This document shows, piece after piece, positions 17,921 to 25,125 of a stretch of DNA of 25,125 nt. Every line of letters starts with the position of its first letter. Positions within the stretch are counted from its first letter, which is position 1. The position numbers and the translations under genes are program-made. Origin of the DNA: Promethearchaeota archaeon (GTDB taxonomy: Archaea; Asgardarchaeota; Lokiarchaeia; Sigyniarchaeales; SOKP01); assembly GCA_016840165.1 (NCBI GenBank), contig JAEOSU010000057.1, positions 1 through 25,125 on the forward strand, given 5' to 3'. Below the pieces are notes generated by a model. That model saw only the letters and a list, made by a program, of their open reading frames with translations. It ran no database searches and was not told the DNA's origin.

Positions 17921-18733
17921 GTGATACAATTTCCAAGTTTTAAATATGAAGATATCGAAATTAATTACTTAAAGAGAGGAAAAGGAAGTCCATTAGTAAT
18001 GTTCCAAGGTTTAGGACAAACAATTGAGAGTTGGACTTTTCAAATTCCATATTTCAAGCGAAAAATGTTGGTCATCGCATTAGATAATCGTGGTGTTGGA
18101 AAAAGCTCTAGGCCAGATTATCCATATACGATGGACATGTTTGTAGAAGAAACTAAAGCTTTACTGGATCATTTAGATATTAATGAAAAAGTTCATCTCA
18201 TGGGAGTAAGTATGGGGGGAATGGTTGCCCAGAATTTTGTCTTGAAATATCCAGAGATGGTTAAAACCCTTATTCTATTAGCTACCTCAGCTAAGATGGA
18301 TCCATATCCTCTAATTGAAGAATATAAGTCATTTGAAAAAATGCATGTCGAGGATGCATACAAAAAGAAGCTGGATCTCATGTTTTCAGATTCTTTTATA
18401 GAGAATTTAGGTAAAGATGAGAAATTAAATGATCTTTTAAAAAAGAAACTAATTGTAGAAAACACGACAACAATAAAAGATTACATAAACAGAGGTGCGG
18501 CTATTGCTGGTCATGACACTCGCAATTATTTGCATAAAATTACTGTACCAACGCTCATCATGGCTGGGACTAACGATAAAACAATTCCTTTTAAAGAATC
18601 AGAAGCTCTACATACTAAAATTCCCAATTCTACTTTAAAGCTATTAGAAAATTATGGACATGGTAGTCTTTTAGTTGAGAATGCACAAAAAATTAACGAT
18701 ATAATCTGGGATTTTATAAAACTCCACATTTAA
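17921..18733 (+). CDS. Alpha/beta hydrolase (enol-lactonase / esterase-like)
   Basis: DNRGVGKS, GVSMGG nucleophile elbow, PTLIMAGTND and GHG motifs. Start uncertain: in-frame GTG 17921 preferred over ATG 17864. Confidence 0.88.
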   Translation: MIQFPSFKYEDIEINYLKRGKGSPLVMFQGLGQTIESWTFQIPYFKRKMLVIALDNRGVGKSSRPDYPYTMDMFVEETKALLDHLDINEKVHLMGVSMGGMVAQNFVLKYPEMVKTLILLATSAKMDPYPLIEEYKSFEKMHVEDAYKKKLDLMFSDSFIENLGKDEKLNDLLKKKLIVENTTTIKDYINRGAAIAGHDTRNYLHKITVPTLIMAGTNDKTIPFKESEALHTKIPNSTLKLLENYGHGSLLVENAQKINDIIWDFIKLHI

Positions 18734-18792
18734 TGATAAAACAATAATTTATAGAAATTAGAAGAAAAAAAATATTTATTTTAATTATTTTT

Positions 18793-19266
18793 TTACGATA
18801 CGGTTACAACGACAGAACTGAATAGTGTAGTAAACATAATCAGAAGTAAAATCATTCCCGAAATAATCAAATAGATTCGGCGAGTGCGTTCATCAAGATT
18901 TTCTGTAACCGCAAAACTTAGAAAGCCGATTAAGATGAATACTAATGCGATATTGATCCCTACCCTCGCAATATTCATGAAAATGACATCTTGGAACCCC
19001 ATCCAGTATTGTATCCGATCAATATTTTCTTGGTTCTGTATGTAATCATTATATCCGTATAAGCCACTCCAGTAATTGATATAGTTCTCTTGATCTGCTA
19101 TAGCCGCCCAACTTGAGGCATTATCAGATATAGACCGACTTATCATCATTATTAAACCAAAGAGGATTGCTGCAATTAGTCCATACACAATAAATTTCAT
19201 TGCTTTACGTTTATCCATTAATGGTATACTATCTACCAGCAAGCTCCTTTTACTTTTTTCTGGCAT
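18793..19266 (-). CDS. Hypothetical membrane protein, about 3 TM helices
   Basis: 157 aa with three hydrophobic stretches and a Tyr/Trp/Asn-rich loop. Its ATG overlaps the upstream stop (TAATG). Confidence 0.75.
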   Translation of the reverse strand: MPEKSKRSLLVDSIPLMDKRKAMKFIVYGLIAAILFGLIMMISRSISDNASSWAAIADQENYINYWSGLYGYNDYIQNQENIDRIQYWMGFQDVIFMNIARVGINIALVFILIGFLSFAVTENLDERTRRIYLIISGMILLLIMFTTLFSSVVVTVS

Positions 19267-19913
19267 TACTCGATTCCCCTCCTTAATTTATTGAGATATC
19301 CATATGAAAAATATAACACAAAACATACCAATATAATGATACCCACTGCCAGTAATAAGTTCTGTAGAAATTCACCAGGACCATCTATTTTAAGAGTTAC
19401 ATTGAAATAAACTTCTGTAGGAGATCCGCCATTCGTTCCATAAATAACGACCACATAGTTTCCTGGTTCGGAGATCAAATAATCGCCATTGGTCGAACCT
19501 GCAAATTCAATATAATAATAACCATCTTCGGTAATAGATAATGATGTTGTAGGTTGTGTAGATTGATAGGGCTCCTGTCCCCAGTTAAATTGCGAATACA
19601 CAAAACTTTCTCCACCTAAAGGATTAGGATTAGCATTAGCTGCATATGCTGTATCATAAGCTCCTTTCCCAAGGATTTTAATTGTAGCGGAAATGTCGGA
19701 GTAATACACTGAAAATTCTATCACTAATTTCTGGTTTCTCGTTAGACCGACAGGAAAAGCAAAAGCATTTTGAATATCTGTATCACTAGTTTCTTGAATT
19801 GTTGCAGGTGCAGCGCTGAAAACAATAAGTTTATCTAAGAAAAAACCTAAGACGGGTCCAGCAATTAGAAGAATTATGCCAATAAGCACAACAATTTTCT
19901 CGCGTTTTTGCAT
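19266..19913 (-). CDS. Hypothetical membrane-anchored protein (N-terminal TM, beta-rich soluble domain, C-terminal TM)
   Basis: 215 aa with RBS-like AAGTGA upstream, hydrophobic termini and alternating beta-type segments (DGYYYIEF, GNYVVVIY, VYFNVTLKI). Confidence 0.75.
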   Translation of the reverse strand: MQKREKIVVLIGIILLIAGPVLGFFLDKLIVFSAAPATIQETSDTDIQNAFAFPVGLTRNQKLVIEFSVYYSDISATIKILGKGAYDTAYAANANPNPLGGESFVYSQFNWGQEPYQSTQPTTSLSITEDGYYYIEFAGSTNGDYLISEPGNYVVVIYGTNGGSPTEVYFNVTLKIDGPGEFLQNLLLAVGIIILVCFVLYFSYGYLNKLRRGIE

Positions 19914-19964
19914 GATTTCTCACTTATCTTTTTATTTTTTTTATAAATTTAAATTAGATTTGCA

Positions 19965-20004
19965 TGATAAAACTTTATAAACTAATATAAAAAGTTTTTA
20001 TAAT
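19965..20004. promoter_or_regulatory. Divergent BRE/TATA promoter region
   Basis: AAAACTTTATAA-ACTAAT-ATAAAAAGTTTTTATAA gives A-run plus TTTATA elements on both strands, between divergently transcribed genes. Confidence 0.5.
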
Positions 20005-20106
20005 ATCCCTATAATTAACATCAGTAGGTTAATAAAAGAGTAAAAAATTTAAGCTACTTTTCAAATCAATAATTAATTAATTGACTATTTAATAGGGTTA
20101 TATTTT

Positions 20107-21033
20107 ATGGAAGAGTATAACTGTGAGATTCTTATTATCGGAGCGGGTCCTGCTGGACTCAGTGCGGGAGTATATTGTGGTAGATCTAACCGAGATACGA
20201 TTATTTTGGATGGGAAAGAACCATCTTCATTAGCAAAAACAAAAGAGATTCAAAATTGGTTAGGTGAACAAGAAATATCCGGTTTAGAACTTTTAAATAA
20301 ATTTAAGGCCCATGCAAAGAGTTATGAGAAGGTTCGAATAATACATGGTGATGTCATCTCCCTAATGATTGGCATGGGTACTAATATGATCTCAACACGA
20401 ACAGCTAATATCACCTCTGATATTGTCATTATCGCAACAGGTACGGGAAAAAGAAAAGAAGTAATAAAAGGAGAAAGTAATTTGATTGGATTTGGAGTCT
20501 CGTATTGTGCGTTATGTGATGGCCCATTATATCGAGATAGAGAGGTATATTTATATGGAAACGATGAGGAAGTTCTTGAAGATGCTTTAGCACTCCACCA
20601 GATGGGATGCAAAACTTATGTGATAACAAATTTATTAATAAATGAACTACCTGAAATCGTAAATAATGTGAAAGCCCAAGGTATTGAAATCATTGAAAAA
20701 ATGGAAATTGTCGAAGCTATATCAGATTCAGACGGAGTTATTCAAAAAATTATTTGTAAACCAATAGATAGTGAAGAAACTGTTGAATATGAGCTCAGTT
20801 GTTTATTTATTTTGTCCCATATACCTTCTAATTCGATATTTAAGAAAGCAGGTGTAGAACTTGATGAATATGGTAATATCAAAGTTGATGAACATCAACA
20901 AACTAATGTAAAAGGAGTATATGCAGCAGGGGATGTTACAGGTGGTCTCTTCCAAGTCGTTTTTGCAACTGCCGAAGGAGCGCGAGCAGGTATAAATGCA
21001 TGTAAGTTGCTTCGCCAACAAAAAAAGGAATGA
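20107..21033 (+). CDS. Thioredoxin reductase-like FAD disulfide oxidoreductase lacking the canonical NADPH-binding motif
   Basis: IIGAGPAGLSA, IIATG, GVSYCALCDG (CxxC) and TNVKGVYAAGD motifs. The second dinucleotide motif reads YGNDEEV. Confidence 0.88.
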   Translation: MEEYNCEILIIGAGPAGLSAGVYCGRSNRDTIILDGKEPSSLAKTKEIQNWLGEQEISGLELLNKFKAHAKSYEKVRIIHGDVISLMIGMGTNMISTRTANITSDIVIIATGTGKRKEVIKGESNLIGFGVSYCALCDGPLYRDREVYLYGNDEEVLEDALALHQMGCKTYVITNLLINELPEIVNNVKAQGIEIIEKMEIVEAISDSDGVIQKIICKPIDSEETVEYELSCLFILSHIPSNSIFKKAGVELDEYGNIKVDEHQQTNVKGVYAAGDVTGGLFQVVFATAEGARAGINACKLLRQQKKE

Positions 21034-21129
21034 TTATTGTTAGATTATCTAAGCATTTGCACCTTGATCCTTGATATCACCTGGATATCACACTAGATTT
21101 TGTAATATCATGATGTTACTCCTCTTAAT

Positions 21130-22053
21130 ATGACGGGATACAAATTTTCTGATTTCATTGATGATTTTCTAATCTCTAAAGAAGTAGAAGAGGGATGTGC
21201 AACCTCAACAATTAAAGCTTATCGCTACGATCTCCAAAAATTTATGGAACTTGTTGGGGATCTTGAAGTAGAATCACCAGTTATTCGACAAAGAATTCGA
21301 TTATTTCTTAAAAAGTTAAAAGATAAGGGATATACCAAGAAAGGTATAAGCCGGAAAATTGCCTCATTACGATCCTATTTCAAATTTTTAACCTTAAATG
21401 AGTTTATAACTAAAAATCCAATGAGTACGATAAAATCTCCCAAAATCAAACTTGAGGAGAGTCTTCCAAAATTTCTTAAAATTTCAGACATTGAAAAAAT
21501 TTTTATGAAGTTAAAAGATAGGAAAGTGTTTAATTCTCGCAAAAGTCATCGTTATTATCTCATTATTAGGTTATTATATTCTACAATGGCTCGCGTAAGT
21601 GAATTATGTAATATAAAAATCAGGGATGTTGATTTTGAAAAAGGATATATAAGTTTACGCGGGAAAGGAAACAAAGAACGCATAGTTCCTGTAGATAAAA
21701 CTACACTAGAAATATTTAAGGAATCCCTTCAAAATCGAATCCGTTATACTCCAGAAGATTACCTCATTGTAAATACTAGGAATAATAAATTAAATCCACG
21801 AGTGGTTCAAGCAGATATTAAAACAATTAAAGAACGGTGTGGTTTTCCTGATTCAAAAGTAATAACACCTCATGTATTTAGACACACAGGGGCAACTCAT
21901 CTCAGACGATCTGGTATGGATATAAGTGAACTTCAAGACATATTAGGACACAGTTCTCCGAATACGACTCGAATATATGCAAAGAATGATATTACCAAAT
22001 TAAAGCAATCCTATTCTATGATGCATCCCTTAAATAATTCAGATAATTTCTAA
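21130..22053 (+). CDS. xerA: XerC/D-like (XerA) tyrosine recombinase
   Basis: N-terminal TIKAYRYDL..F, SRKIASLRSYFKFL, LPKFL. Full catalytic set: ARVSE (R), GKGNK (K), HVFRH (HxxR), LGH (H), TRIY (Y). Confidence 0.85.
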   Translation: MTGYKFSDFIDDFLISKEVEEGCATSTIKAYRYDLQKFMELVGDLEVESPVIRQRIRLFLKKLKDKGYTKKGISRKIASLRSYFKFLTLNEFITKNPMSTIKSPKIKLEESLPKFLKISDIEKIFMKLKDRKVFNSRKSHRYYLIIRLLYSTMARVSELCNIKIRDVDFEKGYISLRGKGNKERIVPVDKTTLEIFKESLQNRIRYTPEDYLIVNTRNNKLNPRVVQADIKTIKERCGFPDSKVITPHVFRHTGATHLRRSGMDISELQDILGHSSPNTTRIYAKNDITKLKQSYSMMHPLNNSDNF

Positions 22054-22110
22054 TCACATCATATTTTTTATTCTCCACTCTATAAAGTAAAAAAACAACT
22101 TTTTTTATTG

Positions 22111-22138
22111 TAGAAGGATAAGAAAATTTATACTTGAT
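22111..22138. other. Candidate dif-like site (11-6-11), alternatively the cdc6 BRE/TATA
   Basis: TAGAAGGATAA-GAAAAT-TTATACTTGAT: inner ATAA/TTAT ends, 7 of the inner 8 positions symmetric. Confidence 0.25.
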
Positions 22139-22142
22139 TTGT

Positions 22143-22160
22143 TCTATAAATATTTATAGA
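22143..22160. promoter_or_regulatory. Perfect 18-bp palindrome upstream of cdc6
   Basis: TCTATAAAT|ATTTATAGA, ending 32 bp before the ATG and containing TATA-like cores. Confidence 0.5.
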
Positions 22161-22192
22161 TCAATGAAATAATTTCTGATAACTGATTAATC

Positions 22193-23383
22193 ATGGATGA
22201 GGATGATATTAGAAAGCAATTCAATCAAAAATCGGTATTCAAGAACTCCAGCTCACTTGATTTAAGCTATGTACCTGATAAGCTTTATTGTCGTGATGCG
22301 ACTATTAAAGACTTAATCTATTTTTTTCGTAGAATTATTGAAGAGGAGGCACAACCTTCCATAAATTGTTTGATGTTTGGAAAAGCGGGTGTAGGAAAAA
22401 CCGTTACTGCTAAATTTTTTGGGAGAAATTTTAGAAATATTGCTCTTGAAAAGGATTTAGAGGTCTTTTTAGAATATTATAACTGTATTCATTTTCGATC
22501 AAAAAGTAAGATTACTCGTGATATTTTAGGCAAATATACTCACGGATCGGGAAGAGGGCTTAGTGATGATGAGGCATGGAAGTTAATACTTACGAAATTA
22601 ATCAACACGCAAGGATACATGATGTTAATAATCGATGAGGCTCATTTATTAAGTTCGGATGAAGTGCTAGCATTTTTAGATATCGCAGAAACTTATGGCC
22701 ATCAAAATTCCCGATTGTCAATAATTTTGATCTCCCGTATTAGTGATTGGATGAAGATAGAAACCGAAAGGATATTGAGCAGACTAAATGAAAAAATAAA
22801 TTTAAAACCCTATAATAATGAAGAATCTAAACAAATTTTACAGCACCGTAGCGAACTTGCATTTAAAGAATATGTAGTAAGCGAAAATATCATCGAGATG
22901 ATAAGTGAGATCACCACCCAACACGAAAATATGCGCCATGGAATAGAGATTTTAAGAAAGTCAGGAATGTACGCCGATAAGGAAGGGTTAGCCAAGATAA
23001 ATGCGGATATGATTCGAGAAGCATCTAACGATGTATATCCAACTTTTCGGGGAGAAATTGTCGATCAGTTAAATGATCAAGAATTGCTTGCACTTTATGG
23101 GATTACCAGATCATTGATCAACAATGATGAGCCTTTTACGTTAGTTGACGATGCATATGAAGAATATCAAGCCATCTGTGAAGGGTATGAAATTGAAGCT
23201 CATGTAAAAATGAGCTTTAGAAAATATGTGAGAAGTTTGAATGAATTAAAAATCATTGCATCAAAAACAGTGAGAATTGAAGAGGCTCAAAGAGGAAGAC
23301 ATCTAGAAATTACTTTACTGGACATTCCAGCGAGAAAATTGGAAGAATTATTAATAGAAATATTTGATAGGAAATTTAATTGA
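22193..23383 (+). CDS. cdc6: Cdc6/Orc1 replication initiator (AAA+ plus winged helix)
   Basis: VFKN...LDLSYVPDKLYCRD, Walker A GKAGVGKT, YYNC, Walker B IIDEAH, ILSRL, LKPY, ILQHR and C-terminal wH with RGR. Confidence 0.93.
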   Translation: MDEDDIRKQFNQKSVFKNSSSLDLSYVPDKLYCRDATIKDLIYFFRRIIEEEAQPSINCLMFGKAGVGKTVTAKFFGRNFRNIALEKDLEVFLEYYNCIHFRSKSKITRDILGKYTHGSGRGLSDDEAWKLILTKLINTQGYMMLIIDEAHLLSSDEVLAFLDIAETYGHQNSRLSIILISRISDWMKIETERILSRLNEKINLKPYNNEESKQILQHRSELAFKEYVVSENIIEMISEITTQHENMRHGIEILRKSGMYADKEGLAKINADMIREASNDVYPTFRGEIVDQLNDQELLALYGITRSLINNDEPFTLVDDAYEEYQAICEGYEIEAHVKMSFRKYVRSLNELKIIASKTVRIEEAQRGRHLEITLLDIPARKLEELLIEIFDRKFN

Positions 23384-23502
23384 TCTTTCAAGATATGTTT
23401 TTAATTTCCTAAAAAAGTTTTGGTATTTATTCTTTTTATGTAAAAAGATAAAAGAGATTCTTAATTTTAATTAGAAGGGATACAAATTTTGAGATGAACT
23501 GA

Positions 23503-24504
23503 TTGCATAAGCTAAGAGTTTTGCTAACTGGTGCGTCTGGAACGGTAGGAAAAGATGTTTTTAATAAATTACTAGAGAGAAAGGAAGAGTATAATATTAG
23601 CTTGCTGCTTAGAGTATCAAGGAAAAATAGAAAGCTATTTCGTGATATCGAAAACGTGAAAATTTATTGGGGTAGTTTACCTGATTATGATATAGTTGAG
23701 CAAGCTGTGACCAATCAAGATATCATTATTCATCTTGCAGCAGTATTACCTGATATTGCCATATATGATGCTGATCTAGCAAAAGAAACGAATGTAGAAG
23801 GCACCCAGAGGCTTATTTCTGCTATGCTTAAACAAAATCCAAGGCCGAAGTTAATCTATACCTCCTCAGTTGCATTATATGGAGATCGTTTGAAAAATCC
23901 GATAATAAAAATCACAGATCCAATTGATAATAATTCTAAAGATGTCTATACCCAAACAAAAATTCTCAGTGAAAAGATGATTAAAGAATCTGGATTAAAA
24001 TATAGTATTTTTCGACTCTCATATTGTGTCTCCACAGATATTATCAAAGTAAGACCTCTGATGTTTCATATGCCCTTGGAAACATGTGTAGAGGTTATAC
24101 ACACAAAAGATGTAGCTACTGCTTTAGTAAATGCGATTAAAACAGATGAAGTATGGGGTAAGATCTTTAATTTAGCTGGTGGAAAAAAATGTCAAATAAC
24201 CTTTCGCGAGAATCTCAATGATTTACTTGAAATAATGGGATTTGGGCGAAATTTTTTCCCAGATGAAGCCTTTGCCAAGGGTGATTTTCATTGTGGTTAT
24301 TATGATACCATGGAAATGGATGCTAATCAAAAGTTGTTGCATTTCCAGAATCATACGCTTAATGACTTCTATGCAGAGGTAAAAAAATGGATTGGATTTA
24401 AGCGGTATTTAATTCCACTAGTGAGACCTATCATACGATGGTTTTTATTAAGGAAATCCATTTTTTATCAAGATTTTAAAAAGAAACATAAGTTTAAAGC
24501 GTAA
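23503..24504 (+). CDS. Extended SDR / NAD-dependent epimerase-dehydratase (3-beta-HSD-like)
   Basis: LLTGASGTVG, IIHLAA, TNVEGT, YTSSVALYG, YTQTK (YxxxK), IHTKDVA and IFNLAGG motifs. TTG start. Confidence 0.85.
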   Translation: MHKLRVLLTGASGTVGKDVFNKLLERKEEYNISLLLRVSRKNRKLFRDIENVKIYWGSLPDYDIVEQAVTNQDIIIHLAAVLPDIAIYDADLAKETNVEGTQRLISAMLKQNPRPKLIYTSSVALYGDRLKNPIIKITDPIDNNSKDVYTQTKILSEKMIKESGLKYSIFRLSYCVSTDIIKVRPLMFHMPLETCVEVIHTKDVATALVNAIKTDEVWGKIFNLAGGKKCQITFRENLNDLLEIMGFGRNFFPDEAFAKGDFHCGYYDTMEMDANQKLLHFQNHTLNDFYAEVKKWIGFKRYLIPLVRPIIRWFLLRKSIFYQDFKKKHKFKA

Positions 24505-24529
24505 TTTAGAATGATTTTTAACTCTTTTT

Positions 24530-25125
24530 TCAATATATAAATGGAATTAGCGCTTTTCTATTTTTTGGATAATTAGAGAATGTCTTTTGATACCATTTAT
24601 GATGAGAACGCGCACGAGGGGCTAAATTTGCAAAAGTCCATGCAACAAATATAAGTCCGGGGAATGACCAGGTCATTACTGCCCACCCCGCCCATTCCGT
24701 AATCTCACCTAAATAACTCGGAGCACTTACATACTTAAACATCCCTCCGTAGGGGATCTTATACTCATTCTCTCCTGGCTTTCTAAGATTTCGTGTTATA
24801 AAATCTGAATGGAGATTTATTATTATCCCCGCCGTAAATATAATAATACCTATAATAAAGAAAGCGGACAGTAGCCAACTGTCTGGATAAGGGGATGATA
24901 AGGTATTTACCCAACGAGCTTGTAAATAAGTGTTTATCCCGTTGAAAATCATTCCAAAACTAATGATCGTTAGAGGCATTGGTTGTTTTCCGCGGATCAT
25001 TAACGGAAAGACGAATGTTCTTTGACCATAATGAACCATCCAAATACATAAGAAGACGATAGCAGTTAGATTGAATATTCTATCACTAATAAGATATAAA
25101 ACAAGATAGATAATAACTGTAGGGA
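24530..25125 (-). CDS. 3-oxo-5-alpha-steroid 4-dehydrogenase (steroid 5-alpha-reductase, SRD5A-like), 5' end beyond the right edge
   Basis: The frame stays open upstream of the track's ATG 25039 to the edge (PTVIIYLVLYLISDRIFNLTAIVFLCIW-MVHYGQR). NLHSD..RNLRKPGE..YKIPYGGMF.YVS...YLGE..EW, ANLAPRARSHHKWY and RKALIPF motifs. Confidence 0.92.
   Translation of the reverse strand, partial: PTVIIYLVLYLISDRIFNLTAIVFLCIWMVHYGQRTFVFPLMIRGKQPMPLTIISFGMIFNGINTYLQARWVNTLSSPYPDSWLLSAFFIIGIIIFTAGIIINLHSDFITRNLRKPGENEYKIPYGGMFKYVSAPSYLGEITEWAGWAVMTWSFPGLIFVAWTFANLAPRARSHHKWYQKTFSNYPKNRKALIPFIY

Noticed and set aside
19970-19997. Second 11-6-11 inverted repeat (AAACTTTATAA ACTAAT ATAAAAAGTTT) as dif
   Set aside because: The right arm lacks the inner TTAT, and the symmetry is explained by back-to-back BRE/TATA elements of divergent genes.
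21031-21142. Possible selenocysteine read-through of the TrxR-like TGA with a downstream ATGA..GA SECIS-like hairpin
   Set aside because: The TGA falls at the normal C-terminus with no Cys-Sec redox context, and the putative upper stem is only about 5 bp and overlaps the xerA start.
21130-22053. Prophage or integrative-element integrase
   Set aside because: Xer-like size and motifs, no adjacent tRNA, att repeats or viral genes, and no evident compositional shift; not annotated as a mobile element.
409-22995. About 20 short ORFs (61-108 aa) in the track, e.g. 409-600, 1463-1660, 2432-2740, 8565-8891, 20322-20612
   Set aside because: All overlap well-supported genes, antisense or out of frame, and show no motifs; they are shadow ORFs.
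22054-23502. Canonical ORB elements / oriC beside cdc6
   Set aside because: No TCCA..GGAAA core with a G-string was found in either flank, and both spacers are short. An origin cannot be called from this sequence.
1-25125. CRISPR arrays, tRNA/rRNA, IS elements, long tandem repeats
   Set aside because: None seen by eye. Intergenic spacers are short (about 200 bp or less) and AT-rich; small ncRNAs cannot be excluded without a covariance-model search.

Overview
AT-rich, densely coding window of archaeal character: a Cdc6/Orc1 gene, a XerA-type recombinase, BRE/TATA-like promoters, oligo-T terminators, AGGTGA/GGAG-type RBS and several TTG starts. Gene content and composition suggest an Asgard (Lokiarchaeia-like) chromosome; this is inference, not a search result. 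I count 20 CDS, two running off the window edges: an ATC-hydrolase-like gene at left that the ORF track missed, and a steroid 5-alpha-reductase-like gene at right. Positions 3-18.7 kb form an anaerobic catabolic region: a non-PFL glycyl radical enzyme (GRE), its activase 6 kb away, a tandem split-barrel flavoprotein, a Cys-type sulfatase, a GPH-family MFS transporter, a signal-less DmsAB-like molybdoenzyme with a rearranged FS0 cysteine motif, two NMO/FabK paralogs (one lacking the conserved His), a 3-hydroxyacyl-CoA dehydrogenase, DDAH and an alpha/beta hydrolase. The right part has two coupled unknown membrane proteins, a thioredoxin reductase lacking the NADPH motif, a xerA-cdc6 pair with a dif-shaped sequence between them, and a convergent SDR / 5-alpha-reductase pair. 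No rRNA, tRNA, CRISPR array or transposase was recognised. Best leads: the uncharacterised GRE system, the xerA-(dif?)-cdc6 cassette and the atypical DmsAB.
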